From a virus, in the IMG/VR virus record IMGVR_UViG_3300045902_000666, positions 1-64,000 of that record: a stretch of 64,000 nucleotides of DNA; one strand, written 5' to 3'. The position numbers were made by a program, and so were the translations under genes. Every line of letters starts with the position of its first letter. Within the stretch, counting starts at the first letter, position 1. The notes beneath the pieces were generated by a model, which did not search any database, was not told where the DNA came from, and saw only the letters and a program-made list of their open reading frames with translations. Of the stretch, positions 48,131-56,473 are shown in pieces.

Positions 48131-49879
48131 TCAGTTTATAGGACCGAACAACCATCCTGTATCATCAAATATATCATTCAAAGATTTTAAATCCCTGAAA
48201 TCCTGCATCAACTGGTCGTGGTCAACAATTTTTGTCTCACCCATAGGCAAGTTATTTCCATTCTCAAACTTCTCTCTTAACCTTTCAGAAGCATTTTCAT
48301 AAGAAACATAACATTGTGCTTCATCATCCCAAATTTGACTTCCATTAAAGTTTTCATTTTTCAAAACAATTCTAATACATTTAGATTTTGAGTTGGTTAA
48401 ATCATATTGTTCTTTAACTCTATAATTCATGCCAAAAACTTTATTAAACTCTTCTAAAACATTTTCCACTTCAAACCAAAAAGGACTCTTTTTATTAGAA
48501 GCAAGCATTGATTTTTCAAAATTATAATAGTTTTCACTTGGCTCGAAGTCTATTTCTAGAATTCTATCTTTCACCCTTGTTTCTTTAGGTTTTAATTTAC
48601 CAGCTATATAATACCTAGCCCAATCATCTAAGTTCTTATCATAAGCTACCTCATGAACTTTTGTATAATCACCCTTGATTAAAGTTTTTAATTCACTTTC
48701 ATACTTCCTTTGACGCAATGTTTTTTTTGGAAACCTCATAGCATCAGCTTCTTCTTTTGAAACTGGTCTAAAATTTACAACATCATCTCTATACCCCATT
48801 GGTAAATCATACTCAATAGCAGGAATGCCAGAATGAGTAGCGCTATATCTAGAATCACTCGGCATACCTTCCCCTTTGGCCACATATCCATTTTTTATAA
48901 TATCATTTACTTTTTTATCAACTTCACCATAAGTATTTCTTATTGATTTGATACTTTTAACAGGGATACCTGTTATTTTAGAAGCATATTCCCAGTCACT
49001 TTCTTTTAAAGTATCTTCTCTTGAATTTATAAAATCATACAAAAACTGTTTTTGCTCATCATTTAAAGACCATTTTAAGTGGTCAAATATTTTTGGTGTT
49101 GGTCTGAATATCCCACCACTACCAACAACCATATGCCTACCTTCACTAATACCACCTCCAGAATCACCACCTCCAATGTCTCCACCAGAAACAGCAGCAT
49201 CCATATAATACAAATTAAAAGATGGTCTTCTTAAAATGTATGGATTATTTTTTTTCTTTTTCTTTTTTCTTTCATCTAAATTTTCCGCACCACCTATTAA
49301 ATATTCTATGTCATCTTTCTTACTTATTGTTAAAACATTATATCCAGCCTTTTTTAACATATCATCCCTTAAATCTTTATATTCTGAATAACTCATCAAA
49401 TAAATATCTTTAGGCACTTCACAATTTCCGCTTTTACAAGCCTCTCCAACATATCTAATTAAGTCTGAATAAATATATTTAAAAGCTTCTTCTGTTGTAA
49501 TTTCTTTTGCAAATTGTGGTATACTATCTTGAAGCTCTCTATTCCAATCTTGTTTTATTTCATAAGGGTGGCCATCATCATCTAGCCAAAAATATTTTCT
49601 GGTTATACCATGTCTAAATAAGGAAAGATTTATTTTATCAAAAAATCTAACAGTTTCATAATATATAAAGCCATCTGCAGCTTCCATATATTTTTCGCCA
49701 AATATTTCTTTTAAAAACTTATAAAGAGGATTCCAGTCAATAGAATCTTCAGAAAAACCTTTGTCCAAAATAGAATGCAAAGTTTTCCTTCTCTCAGTAG
49801 GTTTCATTGAATCATCTGAAATCAATTTCCCTTCTAAGACTAAACTTAAAACCTCTCTTATTGTTTTTTTTAAGCTCAT
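48131..49879 (-). CDS. multi-segment putative virion-internal protein
   Basis: Probable start MSLKKTIREVL..LEG. Confidence 0.7.
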   Translation of the reverse strand: MSLKKTIREVLSLVLEGKLISDDSMKPTERRKTLHSILDKGFSEDSIDWNPLYKFLKEIFGEKYMEAADGFIYYETVRFFDKINLSLFRHGITRKYFWLDDDGHPYEIKQDWNRELQDSIPQFAKEITTEEAFKYIYSDLIRYVGEACKSGNCEVPKDIYLMSYSEYKDLRDDMLKKAGYNVLTISKKDDIEYLIGGAENLDERKKKKKKNNPYILRRPSFNLYYMDAAVSGGDIGGGDSGGGISEGRHMVVGSGGIFRPTPKIFDHLKWSLNDEQKQFLYDFINSREDTLKESDWEYASKITGIPVKSIKSIRNTYGEVDKKVNDIIKNGYVAKGEGMPSDSRYSATHSGIPAIEYDLPMGYRDDVVNFRPVSKEEADAMRFPKKTLRQRKYESELKTLIKGDYTKVHEVAYDKNLDDWARYYIAGKLKPKETRVKDRILEIDFEPSENYYNFEKSMLASNKKSPFWFEVENVLEEFNKVFGMNYRVKEQYDLTNSKSKCIRIVLKNENFNGSQIWDDEAQCYVSYENASERLREKFENGNNLPMGETKIVDHDQLMQDFRDLKSLNDIFDDTGWLFGPIN

Positions 49880-49880
49880 T

Positions 49881-50276
49881 TTAATCTCCAGAACCGTATT
49901 GGTCAATCCACTTTTGCTTGCCAGTATTATAGTTATTTTTCCAGTCTATAAATTCTGGATTTATAACTTTCACTTTATCAAACCAAGCACCTCCAGGATT
50001 TAAAGAAAATACTGGGGTTGTACCAAATTTTTTTTCAAATTGATTTACATAGTTTATAACATCATCTTGTCCAAAAACAGTTGACATAGCATCACCTTCA
50101 TCTACAGAAGGAATCATTACTTCACCCCATCCTTTAACACCCCTATTCTTCCAATCAACATTCGCTCTTACATCTGGGAGTTTATTAAATGGGTAGTGAT
50201 TAAGGATTTCTAAACCCTCAATTCCGCCAGCATTTTGCTGCTCCAACATCTCTCTGATAATTTTTCTAATTTTCAT
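49881..50276 (-). CDS. putative virion-internal protein
   Basis: MKIRKIIREMLE. Confidence 0.65.
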   Translation of the reverse strand: MKIRKIIREMLEQQNAGGIEGLEILNHYPFNKLPDVRANVDWKNRGVKGWGEVMIPSVDEGDAMSTVFGQDDVINYVNQFEKKFGTTPVFSLNPGGAWFDKVKVINPEFIDWKNNYNTGKQKWIDQYGSGD

Positions 50277-50342
50277 AGCAAAAACTTTACAATAAATAGG
50301 TCCAAAAACACAAAACCCTAGCTATTTAGCTAGGATTTTATA

Positions 50343-51050
50343 CTACCAGTACATCCATCTTGCAGAATGACGATGGTTATATCTGTATTCATAATCATCA
50401 TAATCACCTACTTTAGAAAGGTTTCTTTTCAAAGCTTTCTTGTTGTAATTTCTGTCAGAACGAGTAAAATCCTTTCTATAATCTTTAGGAGGATTTCTTC
50501 TTCCATCATACCAGCCACCAACTGGCCAGAACTTTTTCTGACACAAATAACCCTTTCTTTCAGACTCCTCTTTAGCCAACACAGAATCAAATTCTTGATA
50601 GTGTGTAATCCAGCGAGGTTTGATTTTTTCTACGAAGTAGTAGCTAGGAAATGTACATTCATATATTTTTCTGAATGGACTCCAACGTCTACTCCAAGGG
50701 CTAATTGCTGAAAAATACTTTTTAACAGCAGGATGCAATTTTTCATAAGTTTCCTCAGAAATATCTCCAAATCCCGGATAAAGATATTCGTATTTTCCTT
50801 TGCTTAATTTTGTTCTGAAGGATTTATCTTTACAAAAAACCCTGTGTCCAACAAGTTTTAAGCATTCATAAAATACCCAAGCATCATCACGATTTTTGAT
50901 GTCTTCTCTAAGGTCATGAAATTTGTAATAGCCGTCTTTGTACGGTTTTTCAAGTTCAACCCAATTTTTATTGCGTTGAATTTTCCAGATTTGATAAATT
51001 TCTTTTTCAAGTCTGAGTTTCTCTTTGTAGAGAGGATGTTTTGAATTCAT
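50343..51050 (-). CDS. basic aromatic-rich protein under uORF control
   Basis: 235 aa; uORF 51071-51115 and hairpin before the ATG. Confidence 0.7.
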   Translation of the reverse strand: MNSKHPLYKEKLRLEKEIYQIWKIQRNKNWVELEKPYKDGYYKFHDLREDIKNRDDAWVFYECLKLVGHRVFCKDKSFRTKLSKGKYEYLYPGFGDISEETYEKLHPAVKKYFSAISPWSRRWSPFRKIYECTFPSYYFVEKIKPRWITHYQEFDSVLAKEESERKGYLCQKKFWPVGGWYDGRRNPPKDYRKDFTRSDRNYNKKALKRNLSKVGDYDDYEYRYNHRHSARWMYW

Positions 51051-51070
51051 TGGCGTTTAAGTTTATTTAC

Positions 51071-51115
51071 TTAAATCGCCAAAACTCCTCCACAGCTATT
51101 TTTACGAATGTTCAT
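51071..51115 (-). promoter_or_regulatory. leader uORF MNIRKNSCGGVLAI
   Basis: TTGGCGATTTAAGT/ACTTAAACGCCAA hairpin ends at the downstream ATG. Confidence 0.65.
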
Positions 51116-51190
51116 AAATCAGTTATTTTTTATAAATATACAAATTTTGTCAATTATACGCAAAACAATAATAAAGGTTCCTTTTTTTTG

Positions 51191-51264
51191 TGATTCCGAT
51201 AGGACTTGAACCTACAACCCTCTCCTTAGGACGGAGTAGCTCTATCCAGTTGAGCTACGGAACC
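51191..51264 (-). tRNA. tRNA-Arg(CCT)
   Basis: GTCCTAA loop. Confidence 0.85.
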
Positions 51265-51265
51265 A

Positions 51266-51550
51266 TTAATTTTGAGAATCCTGAATATCTTTCCAGATTT
51301 GTTTATCTATAACATGTTTTGGTGTTCTCTCATATTTCAGATATGAACACATTGGACAAGAACAAGGAGTGGAAGTCCATTTTAAAAATGTCCACATTTC
51401 CCCTTTTCTAATCTTGTCTCTAATCTCAGCGGAAGTCATTCTCTCCCATCCAAAATATTGATGCTGATTAGCAGGAACCCAAATTTTAAGACGCTTCTCA
51501 AATTTACATTTTTCTTTCCAGCGTCTTTCAGCTCTTTTTAAATTTTTCAT
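51266..51550 (-). CDS. small basic protein with CSCxxC motif
   Basis: RAERR..STPCSCPMC. Confidence 0.7.
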   Translation of the reverse strand: MKNLKRAERRWKEKCKFEKRLKIWVPANQHQYFGWERMTSAEIRDKIRKGEMWTFLKWTSTPCSCPMCSYLKYERTPKHVIDKQIWKDIQDSQN

Positions 51551-51653
51551 TTTACCTCAGATTTTGTCAGAGGTAGAGTGAATTGAGGACTTTCCTTATC
51601 ACCCTACCTCATCGTTTGAGGTAACGAGCTTTATATGTTTTGTGAGTATTCAT
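51551..51653 (-). promoter_or_regulatory. uORF MNTHKTYKARYLKR with four-segment translational attenuator
   Basis: Alternating TACCTC/GAGGTA segments give mutually exclusive hairpins. Confidence 0.7.
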
Positions 51654-51678
51654 AATTTTCTATAAATATACGACTTTT

Positions 51679-52884
51679 TTAAACATTATCCACTTCAAAA
51701 AGACCAATTTTTTTCATACCAACATACAAATCAGACATTAACTTGAAAAACATTACTTTGTTTTCTTCATTGCCAGATATATGATGTGTTGTATACAAAG
51801 AATTAATCTCTTTACATAATTCAACCAAAGCTTGAAATAAAACACTTGGGTTTAGAGCTGCTTTAGCTTTAATATAAGCGTACTTAATCTCTGGCTTGAT
51901 AAAATCATCAGCCGAATGGTTTAAATCAACTCCAGCACTTTTTAAACGAGCCATAGTATAACTTAAATATAATCCGGGAGAATTTTTATGATTCTTCATC
52001 AAACTCATATCAAAAGTCTTATCTGACTTTGGCGAGCCTCCCAAAATATATCCTGCAAAAATGTTATAGGCTAATTTTTCATCACCATTAAACTCTTCTT
52101 TTAATTCTTCCATAAAATCTGAAAGATAAACAACATTACGAAGACGTGTAGACATTTTACCATTTGCAGATGGAATCATTTTATTTGACTTCAATTTAAC
52201 AAGCCCCAATCCTACATGTGTTATATGAGGATAAACTTTATTTAAAAGTTTAAAATGATTCTCTTGTTCATATCCAGTCAAATAAAGAGTATCATCATTT
52301 AAAAGAGATGCCAATGCTAAATCCTGATAAAAATAAGAAGTAGAACCATCTTTTTTTATTACAACAATTTTTTCTTCTCCAGCCTCAACTATTTTTGTTC
52401 CTTCATATTCTCCTTCTCCATCTTTCAATTCACCTCCATATTTCATTTCGGAAGCAAAGAAAATTTTATCTACTTTATAGTCAAAATTTTTACAGTGTTC
52501 TTTGAATTTTTCCAAAGCTTCTTCTTTAGAAACATCACCAGTTAATGTATCTCCAAGCATAGAAACATATTCTTCAGCGACTCCAAGTTTCTGAAATGCT
52601 TTAGCTAAAATTAAATTTGAAAAGTGGCCAATATGTAAATGTTTATTAAGATTTGGGCTGAACCCATCCATGTATTTGAACTTTTTTTCCCCTATAAACA
52701 TTTTACCAAAATCTGTTTTTTCAGTAGGGAAAAAATTGGTGTATCCTTTTTCTTTTTGAATTATAAAATTGCAAGACTCTGCTAGGTTTAAAACTTCTTG
52801 TGTTGGTTCGCCAAATACACAAAACCCAAATCCTTTATTAAGATTAGAAGGTATTACTTTAAATAAACTCGAATCTGTTGACAT
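51679..52884 (-). CDS. argS: compact arginyl-tRNA synthetase-like protein
   Basis: SPNLNKHLHIGH, KKDGS..Y..QDLA, EQENHF, KMSTR, YLSYTMARLKS; true start MSTDSS after the tRNA-like gene. Confidence 0.8.
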   Translation of the reverse strand: MSTDSSLFKVIPSNLNKGFGFCVFGEPTQEVLNLAESCNFIIQKEKGYTNFFPTEKTDFGKMFIGEKKFKYMDGFSPNLNKHLHIGHFSNLILAKAFQKLGVAEEYVSMLGDTLTGDVSKEEALEKFKEHCKNFDYKVDKIFFASEMKYGGELKDGEGEYEGTKIVEAGEEKIVVIKKDGSTSYFYQDLALASLLNDDTLYLTGYEQENHFKLLNKVYPHITHVGLGLVKLKSNKMIPSANGKMSTRLRNVVYLSDFMEELKEEFNGDEKLAYNIFAGYILGGSPKSDKTFDMSLMKNHKNSPGLYLSYTMARLKSAGVDLNHSADDFIKPEIKYAYIKAKAALNPSVLFQALVELCKEINSLYTTHHISGNEENKVMFFKLMSDLYVGMKKIGLFEVDNV

Positions 52885-52899
52885 TGTTTTTGTTTTTTG

Positions 52900-52990
52900 T
52901 ACAGGAGGAGGGATTCGAACCCCCATTGGCATTGCTGCTTCAACTCCAGTTACGGATAAAAGTTTAGAAAACTTCCTCGGTTACACCTGC
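52900..52990 (-). tRNA. non-canonical tRNA-like RNA, TCT anticodon, no D arm, long variable region
   Basis: Same architecture as 2742-2823. Confidence 0.65.
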
Positions 52991-52998
52991 ATATTTTG

Positions 52999-53071
52999 TG
53001 ACCCGAACAGGAATCGAACCTGTGACCGACTGCTTAGAAGGCAGTTGCTCTATCCCCTGAGCTACCGAGCC
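52999..53071 (-). tRNA. tRNA-Arg(TCT)
   Basis: CTTCTAA loop. Confidence 0.92.
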
Positions 53072-53077
53072 ATATTT

Positions 53078-53263
53078 TTATTCATCTTCTAAATCTACAA
53101 TCACATAAAATTTGACTATAGATTTTTCTTTGAGAATTTTTAGTTTAGGATTTTCATATCCTTTTTCTAAAGCTCTCTTTCTATACTTTTCATAAACCGT
53201 ATCAAAATCTTTTTCAATTTCTTTACGTTTTATTTTTCCAATATAAAACATTCTCTGTTCCAT
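53078..53263 (-). CDS. small hypothetical protein
   Basis: Start MEQRMF immediately after tRNA-Ser. Confidence 0.5.
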   Translation of the reverse strand: MEQRMFYIGKIKRKEIEKDFDTVYEKYRKRALEKGYENPKLKILKEKSIVKFYVIVDLEDE

Positions 53264-53265
53264 CT

Positions 53266-53354
53266 CAGAGAGTGAGAGATTCGAACTCTCGCATCGTTTT
53301 ACCGACCTACTTCCTTTCCAGGGAAGCCCCTTACAACCACTTGGGTAACTCTCT
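53266..53354 (-). tRNA. tRNA-Ser(GGA)
   Basis: CTGGAAA loop, long arm, G73. Confidence 0.9.
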
Positions 53355-53365
53355 ATAAATTTATC

Positions 53366-53430
53366 GGCTGAAGAGTGGATTCGAACCACTAAATAGCTAG
53401 TACGTACTTAACTATCCTTCCAACTTCAGC
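53366..53430 (-). pseudogene. degenerate tRNA-like sequence
   Basis: Acceptor and T arm present; no normal D or anticodon arm. Confidence 0.45.
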
Positions 53431-53436
53431 ATCTTG

Positions 53437-53526
53437 CGGAGAGATAGGGATTCGAACCCTAGGTACAGGTTTACCCCGTACAACAGCTTAGCAGGCTGCC
53501 CCGATAGACCACTCTGGCATCTCTCC
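53437..53526 (-). tRNA. tRNA-Ser(GCT)
   Basis: CTGCTAA loop, long arm. Confidence 0.92.
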
Positions 53527-53537
53527 AAATTATTTCG

Positions 53538-53608
53538 CACAGGTGGAGAGATTCGAACTCCCGTCAACGGTTTTGGAGACCGCTATTCTACCACTGAACT
53601 ACACCTGT
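53538..53608 (-). tRNA. tRNA-Trp(CCA)
   Basis: CTCCAAA loop, G73. Confidence 0.92.
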
Positions 53609-53616
53609 ATATTTTG

Positions 53617-53706
53617 CACGTTGGGAAGGATTCGAACCCTCGAAGAGTTAATTACACTCTTTACAGTTTTGGAGACTGCTGCCTTCAACCACTCGGCCAC
53701 CAACGT
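53617..53706 (-). tRNA. tRNA with CCA anticodon and long variable arm
   Basis: CTCCAAA loop; AAGAGT..ACTCTT extra arm. Confidence 0.8.
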
Positions 53707-53712
53707 ATTTTG

Positions 53713-53797
53713 TGGAAGGTGTGAGATTCGAACTCACGGACCCCGAAGGGCCTCTAGTTTTCAAGACTAGTGCAATAGACCGCTCTACCAACCTTCC
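53713..53797 (-). tRNA. tRNA-Ser(TGA)
   Basis: CTTGAAA loop, long arm. Confidence 0.9.
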
Positions 53798-53800
53798 AAT

Positions 53801-54229
53801 TTATTTTTTCAATCTTTCAATTTCTTCTTTTATATCTTCTGTTTTAGTTCTCTTTCTTAGATGATAATATTTGTTCTTATCTATTTTTTCAAAGGGAATA
53901 AACCCATCAAAATGTTTATCAATCTGGTCTGCAAAATGTTCAATCCTTTCAAGGAATGGCTCAAATTGATAGTTAATCGTTAAGAACACTCCAAGTTTTT
54001 CATCCCACTGTGCAAGGCCATGATTGCGAAATCTTACACCCAAATAATATGCTCCATCAACAAGTTCTTCTTTTGGTATAGCTTCCTCAAGAAGTTTTTT
54101 TTCATGAAGCTTTTCTTCTTCATATTCTTCTTTCAAACGCTCTCTATTCTTTTGTGCATTTTCCTTTATTTCGTCTGCTTTTTTCTTACCAAACTTTTCT
54201 ACTAACTTATTATAATGTTCTTCTTTCAT
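53801..54229 (-). CDS. hypothetical protein, first gene after attenuator 3
   Basis: 142-aa ORF. Confidence 0.65.
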   Translation of the reverse strand: MKEEHYNKLVEKFGKKKADEIKENAQKNRERLKEEYEEEKLHEKKLLEEAIPKEELVDGAYYLGVRFRNHGLAQWDEKLGVFLTINYQFEPFLERIEHFADQIDKHFDGFIPFEKIDKNKYYHLRKRTKTEDIKEEIERLKK

Positions 54230-54255
54230 TTTTTTCTTTTTAAATTATTACAAAT

Positions 54256-54288
54256 AAAAAACCCCAGCTCTTTTGCAGAACCAGGGTT
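54256..54288 (-). terminator. attenuator terminator of tRNA operon 3
   Basis: AACCCTGGTTCT/AGAGCTGGGGTT stem then T tract. Confidence 0.75.
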
Positions 54289-54321
54289 ATACTGTTTTAA
54301 CTTAAATATCTTTTAGAAAAG

Positions 54322-54411
54322 TTACGACAATATAGATGCTGGTCCGCTAGTTCTTTTTGAACTCGAACTTGAACTTCTCCAAGACCATCTATATGTTGTT
54401 GTTACTTTCAT
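54322..54411 (-). CDS. leader peptide 3, MKVTTTYRWSWRSSSSSSKRTSGPASILS
   Basis: 12 of codons 8-20 are R/W/S. Confidence 0.85.
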   Translation of the reverse strand: MKVTTTYRWSWRSSSSSSKRTSGPASILS

Positions 54412-54418
54412 GTTTTTA

Positions 54419-54489
54419 TAAATATCAAAAATTTTCTTTTTTCTTGAGATTGTACGCAAAGATAATAAAAAAGTTCTACAAAAGTCAAG
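54419..54489 (-). promoter_or_regulatory. promoter block of tRNA operon 3
   Basis: TTGAC..GAAC-N16-CGTACAA, TATCTTTG, TATTTATA; homologous to blocks 1 and 2. Confidence 0.75.
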
Positions 54490-54496
54490 TTTTTTT

Positions 54497-54763
54497 TTAT
54501 TTTTTTTGCAACTTGTTGATTCCGAACCATTCATCCCTTGTTATTTTTATTACAAAAGAAGTGTTAATCTGGAAAAAATTCTTTATCTGGGAACAAATTT
54601 CATATTTTTCTAAATTAGAATAATATTCTAAAGCCTCTTCTATTATGAACGTAGGTATTAGTTCTTCATCTATTTTTTTCATTGTGTTATTGGCCAAAGA
54701 AGCTATACCATGATACATCATTATATCAATCTTACACGCTTTATGTTCTCCTTTAAGCTTCAT
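54497..54763 (-). CDS. hypothetical protein
   Basis: 88-aa ORF. Confidence 0.55.
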   Translation of the reverse strand: MKLKGEHKACKIDIMMYHGIASLANNTMKKIDEELIPTFIIEEALEYYSNLEKYEICSQIKNFFQINTSFVIKITRDEWFGINKLQKK

Positions 54764-54769
54764 ACATAA

Positions 54770-55057
54770 CTAACAATAAACAGTGGGCGCACCTGGTCTT
54801 CCAGATTTTCCTTGTCTAATAGAACCGTTTAATATATCATTTAACGAAGTGTTTTCTTCGGTAAATGTATTGCAAATAGGTTTACCTGCTGTGCTATCAG
54901 TTAGCAATTCATAAGAGACACTTCTATTTGGAGTTACTTTATTAAAAACTAACTGTAAGTGGTCTTTAATAATTTCCACTTGTTTAGGAGTTAGTTTTTT
55001 ATCTCCAGATAATTCAAAAAACCCTTGTAACCAATAACAAAAATCTGTTGCTTCCAT
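54770..55057 (-). CDS. hypothetical phage protein
   Basis: FCYWLQGFFEL..IKDHLQLVF. Confidence 0.7.
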   Translation of the reverse strand: MEATDFCYWLQGFFELSGDKKLTPKQVEIIKDHLQLVFNKVTPNRSVSYELLTDSTAGKPICNTFTEENTSLNDILNGSIRQGKSGRPGAPTVYC

Positions 55058-55096
55058 AACTTATTTTTTATAAATACATCTATAATTTTAGAAAAT

Positions 55097-55432
55097 TTAC
55101 CTTTGTGAAATATATTTCCAATCATCCCTATCTAAGTTTTTTTCTAGATATTTAAGCGGCTCTTCTGCTAGTAACATCTGCTTTGCATGCCACTCCCATA
55201 AAATGCACTCATCTCCTAAATGAGGATGAGTTGAATTGTATTGCAACCATTTTTTACTTAAACCCCATATGGCTTTCATGAAATCTTTATCAAAGATAAT
55301 TGCATAATAATTTGTGCCATCTAAATAAAAACCCTCATGTGCACAAGGACCATTAAACACCTCTTTTGTATAACCATTTTTTCTAGCTTTTTCTAAAGCT
55401 TTTTCTAATATCTCAGAATTTCTCATACCCAA
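55097..55432 (-). CDS. hypothetical protein
   Basis: 111-aa ORF. Confidence 0.6.
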   Translation of the reverse strand: MGMRNSEILEKALEKARKNGYTKEVFNGPCAHEGFYLDGTNYYAIIFDKDFMKAIWGLSKKWLQYNSTHPHLGDECILWEWHAKQMLLAEEPLKYLEKNLDRDDWKYISQR

Positions 55433-55498
55433 TTAATTATACACAAATGTACTAAAACTTTATAAAAAAATAAAGCCCAGACTAACTGGGCTCTATCG

Positions 55499-56113
55499 TT
55501 ATTTTAACTTCCACTCTAAATACTTATCCGAATCTGTGGGTTCAAATTTACCACTTAACAATATTGGCCCTGTTGTAGCCCAATTAGCTCCTTGGTTTTT
55601 ACCATTTTCATCTAAAATATCCCAATCATAAAACTTCCATTTACCTTCTTTTTTCTGAAGAAACTTCCAACCATTTTTATATTTCTCACAAACTTCATCT
55701 AAATACTTTTGGTCGCTTGCTTTTTTATATGAAATATAATCATCTAGTTCTTCTTTCAAGTCTTTAAAAAAACTATCTATTCTTTCTTGTCTATGTGCCG
55801 GGATAGCATAACCTCCAAATCTAAATTCAAATTTTGATTTTAATTTCTCAAATAAACCGTCTTCTGGCTCTTGATAACTATTCCACTCTAAATCATCCCA
55901 AATATAATCATTTGGCTCTTTGGTCCATATATCCACTTTTGTTCCTTCTGTAGAAGTTATATATTTCCCATCCTCATCAATATAAGAATAAGGACCGTCC
56001 CAATAACCCTCTTTTAATTCTGCAAAAATTGGTACTCCTCCACTCATTCTTACGTAAGCTTCTCCAGAAGGGTCGGCATCTTGCAGCATTTTAATAAAAT
56101 CTTTAGTTTTCAT
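55499..56113 (-). CDS. hypothetical protein
   Basis: 204-aa ORF. Confidence 0.65.
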   Translation of the reverse strand: MKTKDFIKMLQDADPSGEAYVRMSGGVPIFAELKEGYWDGPYSYIDEDGKYITSTEGTKVDIWTKEPNDYIWDDLEWNSYQEPEDGLFEKLKSKFEFRFGGYAIPAHRQERIDSFFKDLKEELDDYISYKKASDQKYLDEVCEKYKNGWKFLQKKEGKWKFYDWDILDENGKNQGANWATTGPILLSGKFEPTDSDKYLEWKLK

Positions 56114-56473
56114 ATACTCCTCCTTCTTCTTTAAAGGATTTTTTTAGCTGCTTATACTTATCTTTTGTTTCTAACATTAATTTAAGTTGAGCTTTAAATT
56201 CCTTTCTTGATTTTTCAACTTCTTGCTGTTCAACAGAAGGAAGGACTTGAACTTTCTTTTCATCTTTTAAAAATCTTTTGTATACAAAAGCTAATAACAC
56301 ATTCATCTTTCTTCTGCTATTTGCTTTCATGAAAAAATAGATTTTATTTGCAAGCTTCTTTTTTGAAGAACGTGTTGCATTTTCTAAATCTATATTTTCA
56401 ATAGAAGATAAATCACCTTCTAGTACAAGATTTTTTTCTGAAATTCTTTTTTTAATTTCAATTACAGCATTCT

